A DNA stretch of 60,802 nt, counting the filler, from Dehalococcoidia bacterium (lineage in GTDB: Bacteria > Chloroflexota > Dehalococcoidia > DSTF01 > RBG-16-68-14): NCBI GenBank assembly GCA_040882355.1. It is 6 parts of 6 records of this genome, joined end to end, with 100 filler letters (N's around TTAATTAATTAA, not from the genome) between each part and the next. Parts side by side here need not be neighbours in the genome. Positions count along the whole stretch, not along the records: positions 31,241 to 60,802 come from JBBEBM010000034.1; 5 more parts are not named here. One strand, given 5' to 3'. Within the stretch, counting starts at the first letter, position 1. The number at the start of each line of letters is the position of its first letter. Of this stretch, positions 32,842 to 42,202 are shown piece after piece. The translations under genes and the position numbers were made by a program. The notes under the pieces are model-generated. The model was not told where the DNA came from and did no database searches. It saw only the letters and a list, made by a program, of their open reading frames with translations.

Positions 32842-34226
32842 CCACCGTGGACGCGGCCCGACTCGATCAGCTCCTGCAGTCCGCCGGTCTCGAGTTGCCC
32901 GAAGGCGCGTCGATCCACGTTACTGGCGAGGACCCTGTATTCGCGACGCGTTTCCCCATCGGCGAGCTGGCAGCGTCGGCGCTCGCCATCTGCGGGGCAC
33001 AGGCGGCGCGGCTGTGGGAGCTGCGCGCCGGCAAGGGCCAGGCCGTTCGCGTCGACGTACGCGCAGCGGCGGCGTCGCTGCTGAGCTTCGCTTACCTGCG
33101 CATCAACGGACAGGCGCGGGAGCGGGAGGCGGCGCGCAACCCTTGCGTCGCGCTCTACGAGTGCGGCGACGGTCGCTGGATCCACCTGCACGGCGCGCAC
33201 CCCAAGCTCCGTGACGCCACGCTCGACGTGCTGGGCTGCGAGTTCGACCGCGAATCGATCGCCGCCGCCGTACGACGCTGGAACGCGCAGGAGCTGGAGG
33301 ATGCGCTGGCCGAGCGGCTGACCTGCGGCGCGATGGTTCGCACGGCGTCGGAGTGGCTGGAGCACGAACAGGGGCAGGCGCTCGCCGGCAAGCCTTTCGT
33401 GGAGCTGATCAAGGTTGGCGAAAGCGAGCCAGAACCGCTCGCGGCCGGCAGCGCGCCACTGTCAGGCGTGCGCGTGCTCGACCTGACGCGGGTGCTCGCG
33501 GGCCCGACGTGCGGACGAACGCTGGCGCAACACGGCGCGGACGTGCTGCACATCTCTTCGCCGCACCTGCCGAGCTCCGAGCTGTTCGACATCGACACGG
33601 GCCACGGCAAGCGGTCGGCGTTCGTCGACCTCGACGAGCCCGACGGGCCCGAGCGGCTGCGGTCGCTGCTCGGTGGCGCGGACGTCTTCATCGATGGCTC
33701 TCGTTCGGGTGCGCTCGAGCGACGCGGGTTCGGTCTGGATGACGCCGTCGCGCAGCGGCCGGGCCTGATCGTGGTGTCGATCAACTGCTACGGCCACGAA
33801 GGGCCGTGGGTGCGGCGCCCGGGCTGGGAGCAGCTCGCGCAGAGCGTGGCTGGTATCGCCGCAGCGCAGGGAACGCCGGAGCGCCCGCAACTGCTGCCGG
33901 CGGCCGCGTGCGACTACACGACGGGCTACCTCGCCGCGTTCGGCGCCATGGCCGCGCTCGAACGGCGCGCGAAGGAGGGCGGGAGCTGGCACGTGCGCAC
34001 GTCGCTGAGCCAGACCGCGATGTGGATCGAGCGCCCTGGCGCTCGCTGCGATCCGGCGTCGGCGAGCGGCGTCGGCGACCCGAGCGACCTGCTGATCGAA
34101 TCGCAGACGCCGTTCGGCGTGGTGCGCCACCTGCGACCGGCCGTCGAGCTGCCGGAGAGCCCGGCACGCTGGGAGCGGCCCACCGTGCCGCACGGCTTCG
34201 ACGAGCCGGCGTGGGCGGGCTCGTAG
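32823..34226 (+). CDS. Family III CoA-transferase (CaiB/BaiF)
   Basis: PLSGVRVLDLTRVLAGP, HGKRSAFVDL, ACDYTTGYL. Confidence 0.9.
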   Translation: MAGEPLTTVDAARLDQLLQSAGLELPEGASIHVTGEDPVFATRFPIGELAASALAICGAQAARLWELRAGKGQAVRVDVRAAAASLLSFAYLRINGQAREREAARNPCVALYECGDGRWIHLHGAHPKLRDATLDVLGCEFDRESIAAAVRRWNAQELEDALAERLTCGAMVRTASEWLEHEQGQALAGKPFVELIKVGESEPEPLAAGSAPLSGVRVLDLTRVLAGPTCGRTLAQHGADVLHISSPHLPSSELFDIDTGHGKRSAFVDLDEPDGPERLRSLLGGADVFIDGSRSGALERRGFGLDDAVAQRPGLIVVSINCYGHEGPWVRRPGWEQLAQSVAGIAAAQGTPERPQLLPAAACDYTTGYLAAFGAMAALERRAKEGGSWHVRTSLSQTAMWIERPGARCDPASASGVGDPSDLLIESQTPFGVVRHLRPAVELPESPARWERPTVPHGFDEPAWAGS

Positions 34227-34250
34227 GGGCGTTCAATTGAACGCCCCTAC
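34223..34250. repeat. GTAG-type REP palindrome
   Basis: GTAGGGGCGTTCAATTGAACGCCCCTAC, a perfect palindrome overlapping a stop codon. Confidence 0.85.
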
Positions 34251-34303
34251 ATTACGTCTGCTCACCTGAGCGGCATCGATGCGGCGAGGCTTTTCGGGCC
34301 CGG

Positions 34304-34651
34304 CTACCGTTGAGGTGCGTGCGAGGGTGCCAGAAACGAGCCGTCCGCCGCGCGAGGGACGGGCAGCGTTGCGAGGATGGCGTCGCGGTTGAGCGGACCG
34401 TAGAGGTGCGGGTAGATGCGGTCCGGGTCTTCGTAAACGATGCGCGCCCGCACTTTCGTGGTGTCGATCACGAGCACCAAGTAGCCGCGCAGGTCGTCCT
34501 TGTAGTATCGGTTGGCGGTCTGGACGACGTGGTCGATACCGTCGGTGCAATGAATGAAACCGTCCTGCTCGAAGGCCTCCGGAACGTACGGTTCCCTTTC
34601 GTCCGTGCTCTCGAAGTAGGCGGCGGGGACAAGATGGAAGGTCGTGGCCAC
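34304..34651 (-). CDS. DUF952 domain protein
   Basis: DGFIHCT...YPHLYGPLNRDAI. Confidence 0.88.
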   Translation of the reverse strand: MATTFHLVPAAYFESTDEREPYVPEAFEQDGFIHCTDGIDHVVQTANRYYKDDLRGYLVLVIDTTKVRARIVYEDPDRIYPHLYGPLNRDAILATLPVPRAADGSFLAPSHAPQR

Positions 34652-34652
34652 C

Positions 34653-36500
34653 TCAGTCCGCCGTCTCCGCGTCCACATCGGCCACGGCGGTGAGCTCGCC
34701 GGGGCGGGCGGAGTCGGCGAGGGCGCGCATCTGCTCGACCGTCGCCTCCAGCTCTTCGACGGTGCGCGCGGGCGCTGAGCAGGCGGTGCCGTAGCAGACG
34801 TAGGCGGCGGGCGATGGCTCCGATGGCATGGCGAGCGACGCGAGGCGGTCCCCGTCGCGAGAGGGATCGAGGAGCTGGACGGCGCGGTCGGGCACACGCA
34901 GCCAGAGCGCGGCGCGGTGGAGCGCGCCCAGAGCATCGCCCGGCCCGACGAGCTTGACGTCGGCCGGCGGATGGAGGAGCGTGTCGACGGCGCGGGCGTA
35001 CGCCGCGGCGAAGTGGCCCATCCCCTGGTGCTGCCCAGCGAAGTGCGCGAGCGTTCGCTCGGCGGTCTCGGCGTATCGGCGCTCGTGCGTGAAGCGCTCC
35101 AGGCGGAGGAAGAGCAGCGCGGCAGCGGCGTTCTCGTTGAGCGGCTTCTGGCGCATGTCGAGGCGGCCGAGCGAGTCGTGGCCGCGCGACGTGTCGAAGA
35201 AGCCGCCGCCCGCCTCGTCGGCGAAGCGCTCTTCGAGCAGCGCGGCGAGCTCGAGCGCGCGGTCGAGGTGGGCAGCATCGCCGGTGCCCTCGTAGGCGTC
35301 GAGCAGGGCGTGCGCGGTCGTGACCTGGTCGCCGAGCAGGCCGAGCTGGTGCGGCTCGCCATCGAAGTAGCGGTACATGCCTTCGCCGGCCGAGCGCATG
35401 CGCTGCCAGAGGAAGTCGAGGGCGCGCAGGGCGCGGTCGCGCAAGGCGTCGTCGTCGAGCGTCCACGACGCTTCAAGGTAGGCCGACGCGGCGAGGGCGT
35501 TCCAGCTCGTGTAGACGGTGCGGTCGACGTAGGGCGCCTCGCGGGCGGCGCGGGCTTCGGCGTCGAGTGCGTAGAACTCCTCGTCGGCGTCCTGGCTGCC
35601 GTAGAACGCGCCCGTCTCGGAGTCGCTGAGCCACGCATCGAGGTACTCGATAACCCGGCGCGCGACTGCAGCGTGGGCGTCGTCGCCGGTGAGTCGATAC
35701 AGGCGGAGGACGTTTCGCAGGAGGAGGGCGTTGTCCTCGAGCATCTTCTCGAAGTGGGGGACGCTCCAGTCGCGGTTCGTGGCGTAGCGGAAGAAGCCGC
35801 CCCAAACGTGATCGAAGACGCCGCCGCCCGCCATCTTCTCCAGCGTCTTGCGCGCCATGTGGAGAAGGTCGGCGTCGTTGCGGCGAAGGTGGGCGTAGAG
35901 GAGCAGGTCGATGGCGTCGGTGTGAGGGAACTTGGGCTGCTGGCCGAAGCCGCCGTGGACCGGGTCGTACACGTCGTTGATCGCCGCGACGACGTCCTGC
36001 AGCACCTGGTCGTTCAGCTCGCCTTCGCCGCCCATTCCCTCGACGGCGGCGCGGCGGCGCTCGCGCAGGTCGGTCACCTTCGCGCCGATCTCGTCCTTGT
36101 TCTCGCGGTAGTACTCGCTGAGCTGGTCGAGCACCTGGCGCATCTGATCGGGCGGGACGTAGGTCATGCCAGCGAGCACCTCGCCGTCGGGGGTGAGGAA
36201 GGCGGTGGTGGGCCACCCGCCCATGTTGTAGCGGGCGTTGATGTCGGGGCGCTGGTCGTTGTCGACGCGGACGGGCACGAAGCGCTCGTTGATCGCCTGG
36301 ATGATCTGCTCGTCGGAGTAGGAGGTCTCGTCCATGACGTGGCACCAGTGGCACCAGACGGCGGAGATGCCGAGGACGATCGGCTTGTCGTCGCGCTGAG
36401 CTTCGTCGAAGGCCTCCGGGCCCCACTCGCGCCAGCGGATCTCGTGGGCGCGGTTGGGCCGGGGCGAGAAATGGAACCGGGGGTGTTGGTCTGAGGCCAT
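34653..36500 (-). CDS. Thioredoxin-domain DUF255 protein (YyaL/SPATA20-like)
   Basis: WCHWCHVMD, GGWPTT, PHFEKMLEDNA. Confidence 0.92.
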   Translation of the reverse strand: MASDQHPRFHFSPRPNRAHEIRWREWGPEAFDEAQRDDKPIVLGISAVWCHWCHVMDETSYSDEQIIQAINERFVPVRVDNDQRPDINARYNMGGWPTTAFLTPDGEVLAGMTYVPPDQMRQVLDQLSEYYRENKDEIGAKVTDLRERRRAAVEGMGGEGELNDQVLQDVVAAINDVYDPVHGGFGQQPKFPHTDAIDLLLYAHLRRNDADLLHMARKTLEKMAGGGVFDHVWGGFFRYATNRDWSVPHFEKMLEDNALLLRNVLRLYRLTGDDAHAAVARRVIEYLDAWLSDSETGAFYGSQDADEEFYALDAEARAAREAPYVDRTVYTSWNALAASAYLEASWTLDDDALRDRALRALDFLWQRMRSAGEGMYRYFDGEPHQLGLLGDQVTTAHALLDAYEGTGDAAHLDRALELAALLEERFADEAGGGFFDTSRGHDSLGRLDMRQKPLNENAAAALLFLRLERFTHERRYAETAERTLAHFAGQHQGMGHFAAAYARAVDTLLHPPADVKLVGPGDALGALHRAALWLRVPDRAVQLLDPSRDGDRLASLAMPSEPSPAAYVCYGTACSAPARTVEELEATVEQMRALADSARPGELTAVADVDAETAD

Positions 36501-36576
36501 CGGGCCTCCTTTCGTGCGTGGAGTGATAAGGGAAGTCTGCGGTTAGTTTATCACAGGGTTGGCCTGTCAACGGATC

Positions 36577-36618
36577 GACGACAGATGACGGATGACGGAT
36601 GAGGGATGAGGGATGGCG
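36577..36618. repeat. Heptanucleotide tandem repeat (GATGASG-like x6)
   Basis: GACGACA GATGACG GATGACG GATGAGG GATGAGG GATGGCG. Confidence 0.75.
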
Positions 36619-36650
36619 GTCGGGGTGTCATTTTGCAAGCAGCGACATCT

Positions 36651-36706
36651 GTAGGGGCGGGTTTCAAACCCGCCCCTACGACCGTGGCGACAGGCTGAAG
36701 CCTGTC
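36651..36706. repeat. REP palindromes
   Basis: GTAGGGGCGGGTTTCAAACCCGCCCCTAC and GACAGGCTGAAGCCTGTC. Confidence 0.85.
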
Positions 36707-36723
36707 CCGCGATTCCAGGGCCC

Positions 36724-37485
36724 TCACCCCAGCACCTCCAGGTAGACCGCCTCCGTCTCCTTCGTCGGGTCGGTACCGAGGTCGGCGGCGAGGAGGTCGC
36801 GCAGGCGGTGGTAGGAGCGGACGGCTTCCGCCGGGTTGCCGGCCAGGGCGTGCGCGCGCATGAGGAGCTGGTGAGCGGTCTCGCGGTAGGGGTCGACGGA
36901 GAGGGCTTCGTCGGCGGCCTCGACGGCGAGGAGAGGCTCGCCCGACGCAAGCCAGATGTGCGCAAGACACTCCAGCGCCCGGACGCGCTGGCGCTCCAGC
37001 TTGCGACGCTGGGCCTGCACCCAGGGGCCTTCAGCGCTCGAAAGGAAGGGCCGCGCAGCGATGCCTGCCGCGACCGTGGCCGGGCCGAAGGCGCGCTTCG
37101 GCTCGCCGGCGCGCAGGGCGCCCTCGGCGGCGTCGAGATACGACGCGCCGGCCTCCAGATCGACCCAGGCGTCGCCTGGCAGGTGGAGCTGGTACTGACC
37201 GAACTCCTGCGAGATGGCGATGCCCCGCGCCCGGAGCTCGTCGCAGGCCAGGAGGCGGCGCAGGCGGCTGACGAGGGCGCTGAGCGACGTCTGCCAGGCG
37301 GGCGGCGTCTCCTCCGACCAGAGGATCGCGGCGAGCTCCTCGCGCGGGAGCGGTCGCGCTCGCTCGCAGACGAGGTAGGCGAAGAGGACGCGGTCCTGCT
37401 GCCCGCGGAACTGTCGCTCGCGGACGATGAGCTCGCCCCCAGCTTCGAGCGCGACGCGTCCGGTGAGGTAGATGCGGGTGTCCAT
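36724..37485 (-). CDS. SARP/BTAD transcriptional activator
   Basis: N-terminal wHTH (REELAAILW...SRLRRLL) and BTAD (DPYRETAHQLLMRA...LGTDP). Confidence 0.88.
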   Translation of the reverse strand: MDTRIYLTGRVALEAGGELIVRERQFRGQQDRVLFAYLVCERARPLPREELAAILWSEETPPAWQTSLSALVSRLRRLLACDELRARGIAISQEFGQYQLHLPGDAWVDLEAGASYLDAAEGALRAGEPKRAFGPATVAAGIAARPFLSSAEGPWVQAQRRKLERQRVRALECLAHIWLASGEPLLAVEAADEALSVDPYRETAHQLLMRAHALAGNPAEAVRSYHRLRDLLAADLGTDPTKETEAVYLEVLG

Positions 37486-37557
37486 GTGCGCTGCCAATCG
37501 AATGCCAAACGTCGGGCAAGGGCCGCCTGCTAGTATAGCGCCGGAAAGGAGGCTGAC

Positions 37558-37710
37558 ATGGCCAACAGATCGATCAAGTGCCCGTGCGGGTGGAGCGTGA
37601 CGGCGGAGGACGACGAGGAGCTGATCCGGCAGGTGCAACAGCACGCGAAGGAGGTGCACGACCAGAACCCCTCGCGGGAGGAGATCCTGGCGCTGGCGCA
37701 GCCGGAGTAA
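37558..37710 (+). CDS. DUF1059 small metal-binding protein (50 aa)
   Basis: CPCGWSVTAEDDEELIRQVQQHAKEVH; AAGGAGG RBS. Not in the ORF track. Confidence 0.85.
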   Translation: MANRSIKCPCGWSVTAEDDEELIRQVQQHAKEVHDQNPSREEILALAQPE

Positions 37711-37731
37711 GACTGCATCTTAGCGCGACGT

Positions 37732-38015
37732 GTAGGGGCGTTCGATTGAACGCCCCTACGACCTTTCGCCTCGCCGCGGGCGAGATGCTTCGCCTGGGCG
37801 CGAAATGAGCAAACCGGTCGTCCCTAGCGGGGCCGCGAGATGCTTCGCTTCGCTCAGGATGACAAAGGGGGCATCCACCTGTCCCGAAGCGACACTAATG
37901 CACGTGGGCTTGGGCGGGTTTGAAATCCGCCCCCAACGCGAGCGCACAGCCGTGCGCCGCTACATCGCCGAGCCTGGAAAGGCTCGGCTACGGCCGACAG
38001 GCTGAAGCCTGTCCC
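37732..38015. repeat. Cluster of REP and other short palindromes
   Basis: GTAG REP at 37732-37759, AGATGCTTCGCTTCGCTCAGGATGACA element, GGGCGGGTTTGAAATCCGCCC, GCCGAGCC/GGCTCGGC, GACAGGCTGAAGCCTGTC. Confidence 0.75.
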
Positions 38016-38032
38016 GCGGAGAGAAGGATCGG

Positions 38033-40885
38033 CTACTGGTTGGTGAGCTCGGCGAGGCGCTGGAGGAGGCGCTCGACTTCGGCGATCTCGTCGCCGTAGG
38101 TGGCGAAGTCGCCGTTCTGGAGGGCGGTCTGGGCGCGCTCGAAGGCGTCGTTCGCCTGTTGGATCAGCGTGGCGACATCGTCCGAAGGGACAGCGGTGGC
38201 TGCTGCGGTCGAAGTCGGCTCAGGCGTCTCGCCGGGGCCGGGTGTGGCGGTGGGTGTCGTCGGCGTTCCGCCGTCGGCGACGGGCGTGCTGGGCGGCGCC
38301 TGGCCGAGGACGACCTCGAGCGCCCGGGCGAGCGTCGGTTCCATCGCAATGTTGTTACCATTGGCGACCACGACCCGCTTGAGCTCCGGGAGCTGCCCTG
38401 CCGTGGCCTGGAGGTAGATCGGCTCGACGAAGAGGTTGCCCTCGCCGATCGGGATCATCAGCAGGTTGCCGCGGATCACCTGGGAGCCGGACTGGTTCCA
38501 GAGGCTGAGCTGCGCGGAGATCTGCTCATCCTGGTCGATGAAGGACTCCACCTGCGAGGGCCCGAAGACGGCCGAGCCGGTCGGGAAGCGGAAAGCGAGG
38601 AGTTTGCCGTAGTTGTCGCCGTCAGAGCGGCCAGCCATCCAGGCGATGGTGTTGTTGCGGTTGGCCGGGCGGAAGGGCAGGATGAGGGCGAACTCTTCCT
38701 CGGCCTCGCCGGGCAGACGCATGATCACGTAGTAGGGCTCCACCGTCTGCTCCTGGCCGATGAAGACTTCGGTTGGAATGTCCCAGATGTCCTCCCGGTT
38801 GTAGAGGACGCGCGGGTCCTGGATGTGGTAGGCGCTGTAGAGCTCCGCCTGGATGAGAAAGAGCTGCTCGGGGTAGCGCAGGTGGGCACGCAGCGCGTCC
38901 GGCATTTCGTCGGGCGTGAACAGGTCGGGATAGATCTTGTCGTAGACGCGGGCGATCGGATCGGTCGGGTCAACCAGGTAGAACGTGAGCGAGCCGTCGT
39001 AGGCGTCGATGGTGACCTTGACACTGTTGCGGATGTAGTTGAGGCCGCCGCTGCGAGTTGAGTACGGGTACTGATCGGTCGTGGTGTAGGCGTCCTGCAC
39101 CCAGACTAGGCGGCCGTCAGCGACGACGAGATAGGGGTCGTGGTCGAGGCGGAGGAAGGGTGCGATGGCGTCGACGCGCTGCTGGATGTTGCGCCGGTAG
39201 AGGAGGCGGCTGTCGTCGTCCAGGGCGTCGCTGATGAGCAGATTGAAGTCGGAGAGCTCCCAGGAGTAGACGAAGCGGCGAAGGAGCGAGTTGAGCTTGA
39301 TGCCACCATCACCATCGAAGCGCGTCTCTACGACCTCATCGTCACCGGTGGGGTAGTCGAACTCGTCTTCGGCTGAGCCGACGATGACGTAGTGGTCGGG
39401 CATCTCGCCGAAGTAGATCTGGGGAACTTCGACATCCACTTTGCCGGCGACCGGGATGTCCTTCACGTAGAGTTCAGGCAGCCCCTCCTGCACCACTTCG
39501 TTCACGGGCACGACCGTGAGGCCATACCCGTGCGTGAACTGGAGGCGGCTGTTCACCCAGGTCTGCGCGTTGACCGGCAGCTTGCCTGGGTTGAGCTCGC
39601 GGGCGGCGAGCATCACTTGACGCAACTGGCCATCGATCATGTAGCGGTCAACATCGACGTTCAAGAAGTCGTAGAGAGGGCGGATGGTCTGGATCTGGTT
39701 CAGCGTCTGGAGAAGCGGGCGGTGGTCCCAGAGGCGAACATTCGAGATCGTCTCTGGATTGGCGGCGATCTCCTCAGCGGTGACGAACTCGCGGGCCGGA
39801 AACGGCACCTCCTCGATCTGATCGAGACCGTAGGCGGCGCGCGTGGCCTCGATGTTGCGCTGGATGTACTCGCGCTCCTTGGCGAGCTCGTTCGGCTCGA
39901 CGGAAAAGCGCTGGACCGTCGCCGGGAAGATCAGGCCGCCCGCGACGCCGGCGACGGCCCAGACGACGGCGGCGCCGATGGGCAGGATCAGCAGGCCGCG
40001 CCGCACTGCCGCGATCAGGATGCAGACCGCCGTGAGCGCGCCGAGGCCCATCAGGGCGTAAGTAACGGGCACCTGGGCGTGAATGTCGGTGTAGCTGGCC
40101 CCGAACGCCGCGCCCCTGTCCGAGAAGACGAGGCCGTAGCGCCCGAGCCAGTAACGCCAGACGAAGAGGCCAATGGCCGCGACGAGCAGCAGCGAGACCT
40201 GGATGCGCGCTGCGCGCGAGGTCTCTGCGTCGAAACCGGAGAGCAGCATGCGAAAGGCGTAGAGCCCGCCGACAGCGATTGTGGTGATGATGACCGCGGC
40301 CAGCGACCAGCCCTGGATGAAGTTGAGCGCAGGCAGTTGGAAGACGTAGAAGCCGATGTCTCTCCCGAACGCGGCGTCCTTGATGCCGAACGACTCGCTG
40401 TTCATGAAGAGGAGGATCCTGTTCCACTGCCCCGCCGCCTGCACACCGAAGATCACCGACAGGAAGAGCGCCGCCGCGATCGTGACGACGAGGACAACGC
40501 GCCGCACGGCGTGCGGGTCGACATCGCCGAGCATGGCGACCGGCTCCGATGTGCCCTCGGGAGCGAGTCGAAGGGCGATGAGGACGTTCACGCCGAAGAA
40601 GGCCAGGAACACGCCCGCGCCCGCGAAGAAGAGCCAGACGCGCGTGACGATGCGCAGGCGGTAGACCGAAAGGTAGTCGACGCTGTCGAACCAGAGCCAG
40701 TCGGCGTAGATGTTCTTGAGGATGCTGGCGACGATGAAGACGACCAGCAGGACCAGGAGCGCCGTCGCCCAGCGGAGGAGGCCGCCCGGGATGCGGAAGT
40801 TAGGCCGTCGACGGAAGCGGAAGGGGCCGGGCGGCGGGCCCAGGTCCTGGCCTTCCTCGGACGGACCGGTGTTGAAGAAGGTCAC
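38033..40885 (-). CDS. UPF0182 family membrane protein
   Basis: DWLWFDSV, NVRLWD, FTHGYG, NYIRNSVKV, GSQVIRGNLL. Confidence 0.93.
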   Translation of the reverse strand: MTFFNTGPSEEGQDLGPPPGPFRFRRRPNFRIPGGLLRWATALLVLLVVFIVASILKNIYADWLWFDSVDYLSVYRLRIVTRVWLFFAGAGVFLAFFGVNVLIALRLAPEGTSEPVAMLGDVDPHAVRRVVLVVTIAAALFLSVIFGVQAAGQWNRILLFMNSESFGIKDAAFGRDIGFYVFQLPALNFIQGWSLAAVIITTIAVGGLYAFRMLLSGFDAETSRAARIQVSLLLVAAIGLFVWRYWLGRYGLVFSDRGAAFGASYTDIHAQVPVTYALMGLGALTAVCILIAAVRRGLLILPIGAAVVWAVAGVAGGLIFPATVQRFSVEPNELAKEREYIQRNIEATRAAYGLDQIEEVPFPAREFVTAEEIAANPETISNVRLWDHRPLLQTLNQIQTIRPLYDFLNVDVDRYMIDGQLRQVMLAARELNPGKLPVNAQTWVNSRLQFTHGYGLTVVPVNEVVQEGLPELYVKDIPVAGKVDVEVPQIYFGEMPDHYVIVGSAEDEFDYPTGDDEVVETRFDGDGGIKLNSLLRRFVYSWELSDFNLLISDALDDDSRLLYRRNIQQRVDAIAPFLRLDHDPYLVVADGRLVWVQDAYTTTDQYPYSTRSGGLNYIRNSVKVTIDAYDGSLTFYLVDPTDPIARVYDKIYPDLFTPDEMPDALRAHLRYPEQLFLIQAELYSAYHIQDPRVLYNREDIWDIPTEVFIGQEQTVEPYYVIMRLPGEAEEEFALILPFRPANRNNTIAWMAGRSDGDNYGKLLAFRFPTGSAVFGPSQVESFIDQDEQISAQLSLWNQSGSQVIRGNLLMIPIGEGNLFVEPIYLQATAGQLPELKRVVVANGNNIAMEPTLARALEVVLGQAPPSTPVADGGTPTTPTATPGPGETPEPTSTAAATAVPSDDVATLIQQANDAFERAQTALQNGDFATYGDEIAEVERLLQRLAELTNQ

Positions 40886-41027
40886 GCAGCATCTCCGCTG
40901 GACGCTTGCCGGCAGCTTGGCACGATCGGGCTAGACATCACGTCCAGCGTATAGCAGCGGGACGTGGGTAACAATGAGGCCGCCCCAACGTCCGGAGCGG
41001 CCTCGAATCTGTTCTTGGTGCGAAGGG

Positions 41028-42128
41028 CTACGGATTTTCGATGACGTCCTTGAAGGCGGGAATGAGCGTCTCCGCCCGGTTGTAGACGCTCGCCGCTTCC
41101 AGCGTCTGCAGGTAGCGGTCGAGCTGGTGCTTTCGCAGCTCAGCGAAACGCTCCTTGCCCTGCTGGACAGTGTCGCCCAGGGCGAGGATAAACGCCTCGC
41201 GGAAGGGCTTGTCGCGGCGGAGGTCGGCGGCGTACATCGCCTCGCCACGGTTGAGCCAGACGTCAACCCGGGCGCGGTTGACCGGGTCGTGGCGGATGTA
41301 ATGCTTGAGGTGGTCGACGCCGTACGCGAGATGGCGGCGCAGGTCGTTCGCGGTGTTTTCGAAGAGCTGGCGGTCGGCCTGCGAGCGGCCGAGGCGGTCG
41401 CCCCACTCGCACAGGCCGAGGAGGAACGAGCCACGCAGGATGTTCACGTAGGAAACATACTCGGAGAACTTGAACGCCGCGTACACCGTGCGATGCATGA
41501 AGCCCGGCTGCTGGACACCCAGCCCGCCGCCGTTCGAGAGGGCGCGCTTGCGAAACGCCTCGCAGTGGCGGGCCTGGTCGAACGTCTGCGTCGCGAGATA
41601 GAGCTTGACCTCGTGGTAGCCGTAGGAGATCTCCTTCAGCCAGCCCATCAGCACCTGGTTGGAGTTGTACTGCTGCTCGGAGATGTTGGTGCAGATCTGG
41701 TCGAGCGCCGCCTCGACGTGGTCCGCCAGCGGCTCGATCGAGCCCCAGGAGACATCTGTCGCGGGCACCCATCGCTCGCGGATGGCGAGCTCGTAGAGGT
41801 CGGCGGCGTTTTCGGCCCAGACCTCATGCTTTTCGTAGATGGTGTAGGGCGCCAGGAGGCCGCGCCGGTCTTCGGGGGCGGGCCAGGCGCCGCGGGGTGT
41901 GTCGTTCTGGTAGGGCCAGTGGTCGGGCGCCCAGCCGTAGGAGCCGGCGTCGGCGAGACGGAGCGTGAAGCCTTCCGGGCCGAGGTCCTTCGGCAGAGGC
42001 GGGCGCTCGGTGGGCGCCTTCGCCCAGCCCATGTCGAGCGGTGGCGGCTGGAACCCAGACGGGACCTGCGGTCGCGGAGGCGTCTCCGGCTGCTCGTCCT
42101 GTTTCTCGTCCGTCGTAGTGTCTGGCAT
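41028..42128 (-). CDS. Ferritin-like protein with degenerate diiron ligands (putative beta subunit)
   Basis: Homologous to its upstream neighbour, but ExxH motifs read DQARH and DLRRH. Confidence 0.8.
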   Translation of the reverse strand: MPDTTTDEKQDEQPETPPRPQVPSGFQPPPLDMGWAKAPTERPPLPKDLGPEGFTLRLADAGSYGWAPDHWPYQNDTPRGAWPAPEDRRGLLAPYTIYEKHEVWAENAADLYELAIRERWVPATDVSWGSIEPLADHVEAALDQICTNISEQQYNSNQVLMGWLKEISYGYHEVKLYLATQTFDQARHCEAFRKRALSNGGGLGVQQPGFMHRTVYAAFKFSEYVSYVNILRGSFLLGLCEWGDRLGRSQADRQLFENTANDLRRHLAYGVDHLKHYIRHDPVNRARVDVWLNRGEAMYAADLRRDKPFREAFILALGDTVQQGKERFAELRKHQLDRYLQTLEAASVYNRAETLIPAFKDVIENP

Positions 42129-42202
42129 CGGTCTACTCCTTAGAGAGCATGACGGCGAGCGAAGTCGCCGTCATGCGTGGCTTCTGCTACGTCCCCGGCG
42201 CG

